Shown: positions 38,900 to 48,754 of the stretch, in pieces | How positions within the stretch are numbered: the stretch's first letter is position 1 | How the letters are laid out: each line of letters starts with the position of its first letter | NCBI GenBank assembly: GCA_919902765.1 | Contig: CAKKRP010000023.1 | Location: forward strand, 744 to 64,743 | Source of the DNA: Gammaproteobacteria bacterium | GTDB lineage: Bacteria > Pseudomonadota > Gammaproteobacteria > S012-40 | DNA: 64,000 nucleotides | Direction: 5' to 3' | Notes under the pieces: model-generated | Databases searched by the model: none | What the model saw: only the letters and a program-made list of their open reading frames with translations | Told to the model about the DNA's origin: nothing | Program-made: the position numbers and the translations under genes

Positions 38900-40291
38900 A
38901 TGAACCCCGTATTGGCCCTAGTGGGCCGTCCCAATGTTGGTAAATCGACCCTTTTTAACCGCCTGACCCAGACGCGCGATGCCTTGGTGGCGGATGAACC
39001 GGGGTTGACGCGCGATCGCAAATACGGGCGGGGCCGCATCGGGGAACGCCCATACATCGTCATTGATACCGGTGGGTTGACCGGGGACACCAATGTCTTA
39101 GATGAACAGATACTCAAACAGGCCTTGTACGCGATAGACGAGGCCGATGCGGTGATATTTTTGGTCGATGGCCGCGCGGGCCTGACCACCGCCGACGAGG
39201 TGCTCGCGCAGCGCTTACGTGCCCTTAACCGCCCCATACATCTTGTCATTAATAAATGTGAACGCCTGCAAAAGAACATGATCGAGGCCGAATTTTACGC
39301 CTTGGGTTTTGCGCATGTGCATGCAGTGTCGGCGTCGCACGGCGAAGGTATTCCGGATTTAATGGACGCAGTCTTGGCACCGTTCCCGCCCGCGACCGGC
39401 GACAGCGCGGCCGGGGCGGATGGTTGCCGGGTCGCCATTATCGGGCGTCCCAACGTCGGCAAATCGACCTTGGTGAATCGCCTATTGGGCGAAGAGCGCA
39501 TGGTGACTTATGACATGCCAGGCACCACCCGCGACAGCGTTGAAGTCCCTTTTGTGTGGCAGAACCAACCCTATGTATTGATCGACACGGCCGGCGTGCG
39601 GCGTCGCGGGCGGGTCGATGAAAAGATCGAAAAATTTAGTGCTATCAAATCGTTGCAGTCGGTCGAGCAGGCCAATGTGGTGATCATGGTGATGGATGCG
39701 CGCGACGGCGTGACGGAGCAAGATGCGCATTTGTTGGGCTATGTGTTGGAAGCGGGTAAATCGTTTATTCTGGCCGTCAATAAATGGGATGGGTTGGATA
39801 ATTATCAACGTGAACGCGTGCGCACCGAGGTCGATAGGCGTTTAGATTTCATAGACTACGTGCCGGTATATTACATCTCGGCCTTGCACGGCAGCGGCGT
39901 GGGCCTATTGATGCATGATGTCGCCGAGGCCTATGCCAGCGCCATGCGCGAATTGTCTACGCCGGAACTCACGCGTATGCTGGAAGCGGCCCTGCAAGCC
40001 CATCAACCTCCCTTGGTGCAAGGGCGGCGCATCAAATTGCGCTACGCACACCAAGGCGGGCGCAATCCCCCGGTGATTATTGTGCATGGCAATCAAACGG
40101 AGCGGGTGCCGGAGGCCTATCGGCGTTATCTTTCCAATATGTACCGCGAGGCCTTGAAACTCGTCGCCACGCCGTTGCGAATCGAATTTCGTTCCAGCGA
40201 CAACCCTTACGCCGGGCGTCGCAATGTCCTCACTCCCCGCCAGGTCGAAAAGCGGCGGCGCTTAATGAAGCATTTGAAAAAAGGGCGCTAA
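38900..40291 (+). CDS. der: Ribosome biogenesis GTPase Der
   Basis: Two GRPNVGKS domains; KLRYAHQGG. Confidence 0.98.
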   Translation: MNPVLALVGRPNVGKSTLFNRLTQTRDALVADEPGLTRDRKYGRGRIGERPYIVIDTGGLTGDTNVLDEQILKQALYAIDEADAVIFLVDGRAGLTTADEVLAQRLRALNRPIHLVINKCERLQKNMIEAEFYALGFAHVHAVSASHGEGIPDLMDAVLAPFPPATGDSAAGADGCRVAIIGRPNVGKSTLVNRLLGEERMVTYDMPGTTRDSVEVPFVWQNQPYVLIDTAGVRRRGRVDEKIEKFSAIKSLQSVEQANVVIMVMDARDGVTEQDAHLLGYVLEAGKSFILAVNKWDGLDNYQRERVRTEVDRRLDFIDYVPVYYISALHGSGVGLLMHDVAEAYASAMRELSTPELTRMLEAALQAHQPPLVQGRRIKLRYAHQGGRNPPVIIVHGNQTERVPEAYRRYLSNMYREALKLVATPLRIEFRSSDNPYAGRRNVLTPRQVEKRRRLMKHLKKGR

Positions 40292-40506
40292 GCTGTTCCA
40301 GCGCGATTTTAGAATAAGTCTTATATGTGCCTGCTTCACTAAAAAGTAAGAAAATCGCCGGATAATACACCCGTACCTTTAAGGTATGGCGGGTAGATCG
40401 TATAATTTTTTTTACCGCAGACAGGCCCGGTTTTGGATAGTTTTTTGCATTATCCCAGATTTTCTATCGCTATGTTCGACTCCGTGGTTAGCGTGAGGCG
40501 ACGCCC

Positions 40507-42204
40507 ATGCTGAGGAATAATTATATGACTTCATTTCTAGCAGCAGACCAAAGATTATCGGCAATGACTACGGCGCTCAACGCGGTAACAGACGCCGTGT
40601 TAATTGTGTCGCGTGGCGGCAGTGTGTTGTGGCTAAACCGCCAGGCCGAACATTTGACCGGGTGGCACACGCAAGACGTGACGGGTTTGATGTTGCGCGA
40701 TATTTTTCATGCCTTATATCCGCATACCGGCGAGCCTATTGCGCAAATATTAACGTATGCCGCGCAACAGACGCGCGAGTGTTTGATTTTGTCGCGCGAC
40801 GGCGCGCAATACATGGTGGAGTTGAGCGCGGCGAATTGGTTGGATGACGCGCAACAACACATCGGTCATGTCGTAGTGTTTCGTGATATCACCGGTTCGC
40901 ATATGGTGCATCGTCAAGTGGAATTCTTGACGCATCATGATCCACTTACCGGCTTGATTAACCGCCACGCATTTGAACAACAGTTTACGCAATTATTGCG
41001 TGCGCCGCGCGGCTTGCGCGCCGCGCTGTTATACATTGATTTAGATCAGTTTAAATGGGTCAACGAAACGCTGGGTCACGCCGTCGGCGACGAAATGTTG
41101 GTGCAGGTCGCGCGCATGTTGGAACGGCGCGTGCGCGGCACCGATGTATTGGCCAATTTCGGCGGCGATATATTTTCGATATTGGCGGTCCAGGTCAATC
41201 CATATCAAGCGGAACAGTTGGCGCGTTCGGTGTTGGAGTCGATGCGTAGCATTACGGTGGGTGAAAATGATCAGCGTTTCACCGTTACGGCAAGCATCGG
41301 GGTGGTGATGGCCGAGAGCGACGCCGCACTCGCGCCCGCAGAGTTTATGCGGCGCGCCGATGTTGCGTGTAGCATCGCCAAACGTGAAGGCGGAAATCAT
41401 TTATATTTTTATGCCGGTGAAGATGACGACCGGCGCGCGATGGGCGATATGCCGGTCGTGGAGGCGTTAAAAACGGCGCTGACCGGCGATGCATTGATCG
41501 CGCAATTTCAGCCCATCTATGCCGTGCCCGGCGCTGATTTAATGGCCTATGAGGCCTTATTGCGTCTGCCGTCGTCTACGGGCGAATTGCAAGCGCCAGC
41601 GCAATTTTTATCCACTGCGACGCGCTACGGGTTAATGCCTGCGTTAGATAAATGGATGATCAAACACGTCATCGCCCAGTTAGTCAAAACACCTGACGAG
41701 CAAGCGCGCGTACATCTCAATATCGCAGGGAAATCCTTAGATGAAGGGGGCTTGCTGACATTTATTACCGAGCAACTGCGTATCGCGCAAGTCGATGCCC
41801 GGCGTCTTGCATTTGAAGTCTCGGAACAAGATATTGCGGGGCGGCGCGATGTAGTGCGGGAGTTTGCGCAGGGGGTGCGTCAATTGGGGTGCGCGTTTGT
41901 GCTCGACGATTTTGGCACCGGCTTCGGTTCTTTTGCGCATTTACGCTATTTGCCGATTGATTATCTCAAATTGAGCGATAGTTTGGTCGCGACCGTGGCC
42001 ACCGATCCGCTGGCGCAGGCCTTGGTGCAATCCGCCGTTCAGATCGCGCGCGCGATGGGGCGTCATACGATTGCAGGTTACGTGGAAAACGCGGGATTAC
42101 TGCAACGCCTGGCTGAATTGGGTGTGGATTGGGTGCAGGGTTTCGCGCTCGGCAAGCCGGGGGCTTATCAAGCGCGGCGCGCCGAAAAATTGAAAACGGC
42201 GTAA
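40507..42204 (+). CDS. PAS-GGDEF-EAL protein (degenerate GGDIF, intact EAL)
   Basis: HDPLTGL; FGGDIF; YEALLR; LDDFGTG; QGF. Confidence 0.9.
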   Translation: MLRNNYMTSFLAADQRLSAMTTALNAVTDAVLIVSRGGSVLWLNRQAEHLTGWHTQDVTGLMLRDIFHALYPHTGEPIAQILTYAAQQTRECLILSRDGAQYMVELSAANWLDDAQQHIGHVVVFRDITGSHMVHRQVEFLTHHDPLTGLINRHAFEQQFTQLLRAPRGLRAALLYIDLDQFKWVNETLGHAVGDEMLVQVARMLERRVRGTDVLANFGGDIFSILAVQVNPYQAEQLARSVLESMRSITVGENDQRFTVTASIGVVMAESDAALAPAEFMRRADVACSIAKREGGNHLYFYAGEDDDRRAMGDMPVVEALKTALTGDALIAQFQPIYAVPGADLMAYEALLRLPSSTGELQAPAQFLSTATRYGLMPALDKWMIKHVIAQLVKTPDEQARVHLNIAGKSLDEGGLLTFITEQLRIAQVDARRLAFEVSEQDIAGRRDVVREFAQGVRQLGCAFVLDDFGTGFGSFAHLRYLPIDYLKLSDSLVATVATDPLAQALVQSAVQIARAMGRHTIAGYVENAGLLQRLAELGVDWVQGFALGKPGAYQARRAEKLKTA

Positions 42205-42211
42205 TTCGCGA

Positions 42212-43546
42212 TCAATCTTCCAAATCGTGCGCGTGGGTCACACACGCCAGATATTCGCGCGTTAAGGTCTTGCTTTCTTCCACGGCGGGTTGATCGAAGG
42301 GGTCTACGCCCATCAACTCCGCCACCACCACTGTTTCCATTTCCAGCAATACGATCAATTCACCTATCGCATAGGCATCGTGGTCCAACAAGGTGAGCGT
42401 GCGATTGGGCCGGCCACGGCGCGTCAAGGTGGTGCGCGTGGCCTTGAGTTCGGAGACGAATAACTCGCCGATAGTGTGACCGGCCAGCGCTTTGATCGCG
42501 GGGATGTCCTGAAAACGCATAGGGATACGCAATCCCAAATAGCGGAAACTGGGATTAGATAAAAACGTCACCAATTTATCGTCCGGGCCTTCCAGCAATA
42601 ATTGCAGTTGCGAATGTTGGTCGGTGACGCCGTGCGCTTCGGTGGGGGTGAGCCCGCGATGACGGCCTTGGGCATCGATTTTGCCCAGGCTTTCCGCCCA
42701 CAATTGACGAAACCAATTGACGATAAAACGCATATTGTCGGCGTACGGCATCACCACGCTGATAGTGCGTCCGTGTTCGGCATGCAGATATTGCGCGGCA
42801 CCGTTATAAAACGCCGGATTTTGCAAGATATCCGGGTCGGCACAGCGCCGCGCCATGGCGCGCGCGCCTTCCATTACACCGTCGATATCCACACCGGCGA
42901 TATACGCAGGCAACAAGCCCACCACGGATAACACGGAATAACGCCCGCCTATAGGAGGATGCACGATGGTGGGGACGGCCAGACGTTGCGCCAACTCGTA
43001 CAGCGCACCTTGTTTGTTTTCGGTGATAAATAAACTGTGTTGGCCGACCGCATCGTCGCCCAAGGCATGTTCCATACGCGGCAGCATAGTCAAAAATTGC
43101 GCAAGGGTTTCAGCGGTGTTACCGGATTTTGAAATGACTAGAAACAAGGTTTCTTTAATGTCCAGGCGGTTTAATTCATCCAACGTAGACGGGTCTACAT
43201 TATCGTAAAAACGTACCGCTACTGTTTTGGGATCGCGATCACCCAAAGTGCGCACTAACATCTCGCCGCCCAGTGATGAACCGCCGATGCCGAACACCAC
43301 CACGCGTTTAAACGTGCGGGCAATGCGTTGGCCTTGGCGTTTAATCTCGTTGAGATCGGTGATGGCGGGGAGATTTAAAAAACTGCATTGGGTGGCTTGC
43401 TGCCATGTTTTAATCTTGGCGCGCAGGCCTTCCAGGCGCGGCGATAGCGCCGCTACATCCGCAGCGCTGACGGCGTTGCCGTCGGGATGGTGGATAAATA
43501 AATTGCGGTCATCAATGGCGAGGCGCGAGATGGCGTGCGCGGTCAT
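42212..43546 (-). CDS. pgi: Glucose-6-phosphate isomerase, short (~444 aa) type
   Basis: GIGGSSLG; SKSGNTAET; GGRYSVLS; QLWAESLGK; DQHSQLQ; PFDQPAVEESK. Confidence 0.93.
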   Translation of the reverse strand: MTAHAISRLAIDDRNLFIHHPDGNAVSAADVAALSPRLEGLRAKIKTWQQATQCSFLNLPAITDLNEIKRQGQRIARTFKRVVVFGIGGSSLGGEMLVRTLGDRDPKTVAVRFYDNVDPSTLDELNRLDIKETLFLVISKSGNTAETLAQFLTMLPRMEHALGDDAVGQHSLFITENKQGALYELAQRLAVPTIVHPPIGGRYSVLSVVGLLPAYIAGVDIDGVMEGARAMARRCADPDILQNPAFYNGAAQYLHAEHGRTISVVMPYADNMRFIVNWFRQLWAESLGKIDAQGRHRGLTPTEAHGVTDQHSQLQLLLEGPDDKLVTFLSNPSFRYLGLRIPMRFQDIPAIKALAGHTIGELFVSELKATRTTLTRRGRPNRTLTLLDHDAYAIGELIVLLEMETVVVAELMGVDPFDQPAVEESKTLTREYLACVTHAHDLED

Positions 43547-43678
43547 GGAATCCTCTGTAGCATTGTGAGGTGTTAGGGTGTCCGTGTCGATGCCCATTGT
43601 AGCGCTATGTGCGACAGATGCGAAGGGTGTACCAGAGACAACTATTAAAAAGCGTGGCCGCTAATAACACGTAAGGAG

Positions 43679-43765
43679 TGGTGCCGGGAGGGAGAATCGA
43701 ACTCCCACGATGTTACCATCACCAGATTTTGAGTCTGGCGCGTCTACCAATTCCGCCATCCCGGC
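43679..43765 (-). tRNA. tRNA-Leu(CAA)
   Basis: GCCGGGATGGCGGAATTGGTAGACGCGCCAGACTCAAAATCTGG...GGGAGTTCGATTCTCCCTCCCGGCACCA; 87 nt, long variable arm, encoded CCA. Confidence 0.97.
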
Positions 43766-43939
43766 AGCGGGAGGCGGTAGTATATAGCATTTTATAAAAA
43801 CGGCAAGTGATCGCCGCCGTTAGCTGCCCAAAGCGTTTGCGCCAGCTTGCTAGACATGTTTTTAAGTATATGATAATTATGTGAATATTGTTATTGTAAC
43901 AAGCCTGCCCGCAATGGCGCGTATTATGCTAATTTTTGT

Positions 43940-44095
43940 GTAGTCGACTTGTGGATCTGACAATCACAACAGGGAGACAGGGACGCCACACACGGAGGCC
44001 TTGGGATATGTTGGGGTTGTAGGGACGCAACGCGGGCAGGGGACGCCTGGGGAGTGTAATACTTAATGGCGGGGCTTGCCCCGCCTTTTCTTTTT
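43940..44095 (+). ncRNA. Rsm/Csr-type (CsrA-sequestering) small RNA
   Basis: Eight GGA motifs in about 100 nt, some in hairpin loops (GTTGT-AGGGAC-GCAAC; GGC-AGGGGAC-GCC), ending in a terminator. The 5' end is approximate. Confidence 0.72.
44068..44095 (+). terminator. Intrinsic terminator of the sRNA
   Basis: GGCGGGGC-TT-GCCCCGCC then TTTTCTTTTT. Confidence 0.9.
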
Positions 44096-44316
44096 GAACG
44101 ATAGACAAGGTATTTGTAAAAAAGAATGAAATACGCGATGATTTCGTTAGGTGTTTTGGCGCTTCCGGCTTGCCGGACTGCCCGTCATTTAGGCGGTAAA
44201 TCGTCTTAAGCCGACATCCGTATTATGCACAATTCCCGCAAGGCATTCGAGATAAACTATGCCATTATTCTCCATCTGAGTATAATCGGTTTTTGGATTT
44301 ACTAAAGAGTCACCAC

Positions 44317-44427
44317 ATGGCCAAGCATTTTGTAACAGACACGCAAACGCTGGCGATAGGCGCACAGAAGGATTTACGCACTTTTCCGGTGCGTGTGGAA
44401 GGCGATAAGATATTTGTAGAGATCTAA
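44317..44427 (+). pseudogene. Rieske-type ferredoxin remnant with an in-frame deletion of the cluster-binding core (36 aa)
   Basis: MAKHFVTDTQTLAIGAQKDLRTFPVRVEGDKIFVEI*; AAAGAG RBS; TATAAT at 44281. Confidence 0.6.
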
Positions 44428-44454
44428 ACTTCAGCACGTCACGAGGAAACCGTC

Positions 44455-47106
44455 ATGACCGCCCATCCATCCGTGCAAACCCATTATTTGGCCGACTATC
44501 GCGCACCCGATTATAAGGTACACAGTGTAACACTCGATTTTGATCTGGGCGAAGCGCATACGCTGGTCACATCAGAGTTGGAAATCAGCGCAAATTTTCC
44601 CGTGACGGACGCGCGTCCGTTGATGTTGTTCGGCGCTGAGCTCGAACTGATCTCGGTGGCATTGGACGGCCGGGTGTTGAGCGCTGCGGATTATGTGTGT
44701 AATGATGTCAGCCTCGTCTTCGCCAAGGCGCCGCGTCAGTTTCGTTTACGCATCGTCACAAAAATTTATCCGCAACAAAATACCACGTTGAACGGTTTAT
44801 ATCGTTCCAGCGGGAATTTTTGCACCCAGTGCGAGCCGGAAGGGTTTAGGCGCATCACCTATTATCTCGATAGGCCGGATGTGATGAGCGTGTTTACCGT
44901 CACCTTGCATGCCGATAAAAAACACTATCCGCATTTGCTGTGCAATGGCAATCCGGTGGCGGCGGGCGGCGGGGCCGATGGAAAACATTGGGTGCGTTGG
45001 CATGATCCCTACCCTAAACCCAGTTATTTATTCGCCTTGGTAGCGGGCGATCTCGCGTGTATCGAAGATGAATTTGTCACCATGTCGGGCCGGCGTGCGG
45101 CCTTGCGCGTGTATGTGCAGCACCACAATGCCGATCAATGCGCTCACGCGATGCGTTCGCTGAAAAATTCCATGCGTTGGGATGAAGAAGTTTACGGCCG
45201 TGAATACGATCTCGATATCTATATGATCGTCGCGGTGGACGATTTTAATATGGGCGCGATGGAGAACAAGGGCCTCAATATTTTTAATTCGAAGTATGTG
45301 CTGGCGAAACAAGAAACCGCCACCGATGCCGATTTTCAACACATCGAAGGCGTGATCGGGCACGAATACTTTCACAACTGGTCCGGCAATCGCGTGACCT
45401 GCCGCGACTGGTTTCAGTTGAGTTTAAAAGAAGGCTTCACCGTTTATCGCGATCAAGAATTCAGCGCCGACATGGGCTCGCGCGGTGTCAAACGCATCGC
45501 CGATGTGAATGTGTTGCGTACCCACCAATTCCGCGAGGATGCAGGTCCGATGGCGCATCCGGTGCGCCCGGAATCTTATGTCGAGATCAATAATTTTTAC
45601 ACCATGACGGTGTATAACAAGGGTGCCGAAGTGGTGCGCATGCTGGCTTACATACTCGGCCCCGCCGGATTTCGCGGTGGCACGGATTTATATTTCAGCC
45701 GCCATGACGGTCAGGCGGTGACCACGGACGATTTCGTGCGCGCGTTAGAAGACGCCAATCAGATGGATTTGTCGCAATTCAAATTTTGGTATAAACAAGC
45801 GGGCACTCCGGTGTTGAACGTGTCACGCCGCTATGACGCACAGGCGCGTACCTATGCGCTGACGATAGAACAATCGTGCGCGCCCTCGTCCGGTCAAGCA
45901 TCAAAACAGCCTTTTCATATCCCCATTGCAATGGCCTTATTGGATCGCGAGGGTCGAGAACTGCCGTTGCGCCTGCGCGGCGAGGCGGAGTCCGCAGGTA
46001 CGTCGCGCGTGTTGCAGTTGCGCGAAGCGGTGCAGACCTTTGTATTTGACGAGGTGGAGCACCCACCGCTGCCGTCGTTGTTACGCGGGTTTTCCGCGCC
46101 GGTAAAATTGAATATCGATTTTGACGATGCTGAGCGCATGTTTTTGTTGGCCCATGATAGCGATGAGTTTAATCGCTGGGAATCCGGGCAACGACTGGCG
46201 CTGAAATTAATCTTGGATGTGATGGAAAATGTAAAATCGGGTACGCCATTGACGATGAATAACGCCTATGTGTCGGCGATGCGTCGCGTGTTGAGTGATC
46301 GCGACTTGGATCGCGCGATGATGGCGCAGATTTTGACGTTGCCTGCCGAGGGTTATATCGCCGAATTTACCGATAGCATAGATCCCGGCGCCATCCATCA
46401 CGCCTGTCGTTTTGTCCGTACCGCGCTGGCCCGCGAGCTCGCGGATTTATGCGCGGCGTGGTATGAAGAGTTGACAGATGCCGGCCCCTATAAAATAGAC
46501 GCCGACGCGGTGGGCCGTCGCGCGCTACGCAATGTGTGTCTGGGTTATATGATGGAATTAGACGATCCGGCAATACGCACGCGCTGCGTGGCGCAGTATC
46601 GTGACGCCAATAATATGACAGACATGCTGAACGCCTTGTATTTTTTATGCAATACTGCGGGCGCGGAACGCGATCAAGTGTTGGCCGATTTCTATCAGCG
46701 TTGGCAAGGCGAGGCCTTGGTGGTGGACAAATGGTTGAGCCTGCAAGCGGGTTCGCGCCTGGAGGACACCGTGCAGCGCGTGCATACGCTGACCTCGCAT
46801 CCCGCGTTTAACATCAAAAATCCCAATAAAGTACGCGCATTGGTAGGCGCGTTTAGCGGCAATACCGTGCGTTTTCACGACCAAAGCGGCGCGGGCTATG
46901 CGCTGGTGGCGGATTATGTGCTGCAATTAAATACGCTGAACCCGCAAATCGCCGCGCGCCTGGTGTCCGCATTCACCTTGTGGAGAAAATACGAACCTAC
47001 GCGTAGCCGATTAATGGAGGCGCAATTGAAACGCATCGCCGCAGTCGAAGCGTTATCGAAAGATGTCTACGAAATTGTCAATAAAAGTTTAACGGCGGAA
47101 TATTAA
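44455..47106 (+). CDS. pepN: Aminopeptidase N
   Basis: GAMENKGLN; HEYFH...KE; NPNKVRAL. Confidence 0.98.
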   Translation: MTAHPSVQTHYLADYRAPDYKVHSVTLDFDLGEAHTLVTSELEISANFPVTDARPLMLFGAELELISVALDGRVLSAADYVCNDVSLVFAKAPRQFRLRIVTKIYPQQNTTLNGLYRSSGNFCTQCEPEGFRRITYYLDRPDVMSVFTVTLHADKKHYPHLLCNGNPVAAGGGADGKHWVRWHDPYPKPSYLFALVAGDLACIEDEFVTMSGRRAALRVYVQHHNADQCAHAMRSLKNSMRWDEEVYGREYDLDIYMIVAVDDFNMGAMENKGLNIFNSKYVLAKQETATDADFQHIEGVIGHEYFHNWSGNRVTCRDWFQLSLKEGFTVYRDQEFSADMGSRGVKRIADVNVLRTHQFREDAGPMAHPVRPESYVEINNFYTMTVYNKGAEVVRMLAYILGPAGFRGGTDLYFSRHDGQAVTTDDFVRALEDANQMDLSQFKFWYKQAGTPVLNVSRRYDAQARTYALTIEQSCAPSSGQASKQPFHIPIAMALLDREGRELPLRLRGEAESAGTSRVLQLREAVQTFVFDEVEHPPLPSLLRGFSAPVKLNIDFDDAERMFLLAHDSDEFNRWESGQRLALKLILDVMENVKSGTPLTMNNAYVSAMRRVLSDRDLDRAMMAQILTLPAEGYIAEFTDSIDPGAIHHACRFVRTALARELADLCAAWYEELTDAGPYKIDADAVGRRALRNVCLGYMMELDDPAIRTRCVAQYRDANNMTDMLNALYFLCNTAGAERDQVLADFYQRWQGEALVVDKWLSLQAGSRLEDTVQRVHTLTSHPAFNIKNPNKVRALVGAFSGNTVRFHDQSGAGYALVADYVLQLNTLNPQIAARLVSAFTLWRKYEPTRSRLMEAQLKRIAAVEALSKDVYEIVNKSLTAEY

Positions 47107-47109
47107 ATA

Positions 47110-47451
47110 TCAAACCGGCCCGCGATGATAAATTAGCTCTTCCACCGGTTTTCCGCCTACCAGATGTTCGTTGATAATACGATCCAGGTTGGCGGGGGTG
47201 ACGTTGTAATACCAAATCCCATCTGGTTGGATGCACAAAATCGGCCCTGATTTGCATGTCGCAAAGCAGTGCGTGCGCGTGCGTTTCACGCGTTGATCGC
47301 CTTGATCTACGCCTGCCGCTTTAAATTTATCGGCCAGGCTTTGGAATAATTGTTCGGATTCGCCTTCTTGCGTGCAGCGCGGGCCGACGCATACCAGCAT
47401 ATGGCGTTTATAGACGCCCATTTTGGGCTTTTCAAGCACAACTACACTCAT
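47110..47451 (-). CDS. Thioredoxin-like [2Fe-2S] ferredoxin
   Basis: HMLVCVGPRC; CFATCKSGP; PDGIWY; HLVGGKPV. Confidence 0.88.
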   Translation of the reverse strand: MSVVVLEKPKMGVYKRHMLVCVGPRCTQEGESEQLFQSLADKFKAAGVDQGDQRVKRTRTHCFATCKSGPILCIQPDGIWYYNVTPANLDRIINEHLVGGKPVEELIYHRGPV

Positions 47452-47487
47452 GGACAACGCTCGCAGTACGTGTTTGTGGATATGGCT

Positions 47488-48720
47488 CTAACCGGTACCG
47501 TGTCGCTCGCGGTAGCGCGCAAGAAAATCGCCGATACGGGTCAACGCCTCTTGTAAATCGTCTTGATGCGGTAAAAATACCACGCGGAAGTGATCCGGGT
47601 GCGGCCAATTGAAACCCGTGCCTTGGACGACCAGGACTTTTTCTTCCAGCAGTAATTCCAAAATAAATTGACGGTCGTCTTCTATCGGATATATTTTGGA
47701 ATCCAGGCGCGGGAATAGATATAACGCCCCCAAAGGCTTGACGCAGCTCACGCCGGGAATGTCGTTCAACATGCGCCACCCGACTTCACGTTGACGAAAT
47801 AACCGGCCGCCGGGCGCGATTAAATCATTAATGCTTTGATAACCGTTTAGGGCGGTTTGTACGGCGTATTGCGTCGGCACATTGGAGCACAAACGCATCG
47901 ACGAAATCATTTTAAGGCCTTCCATGTAATCTTTGGCGCGGCGTTTGGCGCCCGATACCAGCATCCAACCGGTACGAAATCCCGCTATGCGATAGGCCTT
48001 GGAAAGGCCGTTAAAGGTGACGAAAAGCACATCGTCCGCCAATGATGCGAGCGTAGTATGCACGGTGCCGTCATAGACGATCTTGTCGTATATTTCGTCT
48101 GCAAAAATAATTAAATTGTGTTTACGCGCCAGTTCGACGACCGCCTTCAGTGTGCTTGCGCTATATACCGCACCCGTCGGATTGTTGGGATTGATGATCA
48201 CGATGCCTTTGGTATGCGCGGTAATTTTATTGGCGATATCGTCGAGGTCGGGTTGCCAACCGGCGGATTCGTCGCATAGATAATGTACGGCGCGTCCGCC
48301 GCCCATGTTGACTGCGGCCGTCCACAATGGATAGTCCGGCGACGGGATTAATATTTCGTCGCCATCGTCGAGCAAGGCGTGCATGGCCATCACGATGAGT
48401 TCGCTGACGCCGTTGCCGATGAAGATGTCATCGACGGTGACGCCGCTGACTTGTTTTTCTTGGTAATACTGCATCACCGCCTTGCGCGCCGGGAACAGTC
48501 CCTGCGAGGCGCAGTAACCCGTCGCGTTGTGCAGATTGCGTATTACGTCCTCGATAATCTCTTGCGGGGCCTCGAAGCCGAACGGTGCGGGATTGCCGAT
48601 ATTGAGTTTGATAATCTTGTGCCCGGCCTCTTCCATCTTATTGGCTTGGTCGAGCACAGGGCCACGAATGTCGTAACAGACATTTTTAAGCTTGTTGGAT
48701 TTGGTAAACATAGGTTCCAT
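47488..48720 (-). CDS. alaA: Alanine-synthesising aminotransferase
   Basis: KSNKLKNVCYDIRGPV; LNIGNP; FNGLSKAYR. Confidence 0.93.
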   Translation of the reverse strand: MEPMFTKSNKLKNVCYDIRGPVLDQANKMEEAGHKIIKLNIGNPAPFGFEAPQEIIEDVIRNLHNATGYCASQGLFPARKAVMQYYQEKQVSGVTVDDIFIGNGVSELIVMAMHALLDDGDEILIPSPDYPLWTAAVNMGGGRAVHYLCDESAGWQPDLDDIANKITAHTKGIVIINPNNPTGAVYSASTLKAVVELARKHNLIIFADEIYDKIVYDGTVHTTLASLADDVLFVTFNGLSKAYRIAGFRTGWMLVSGAKRRAKDYMEGLKMISSMRLCSNVPTQYAVQTALNGYQSINDLIAPGGRLFRQREVGWRMLNDIPGVSCVKPLGALYLFPRLDSKIYPIEDDRQFILELLLEEKVLVVQGTGFNWPHPDHFRVVFLPHQDDLQEALTRIGDFLARYRERHGTG

Positions 48721-48754
48721 AATACAAATTCTGGGTTATAACCGTAAAGCTTGA

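Noticed and set aside
44189-44437. 82-aa minus-strand ORF upstream of pepN
   Set aside because: No motif; the plus strand explains the region better (promoter and Rieske remnant).
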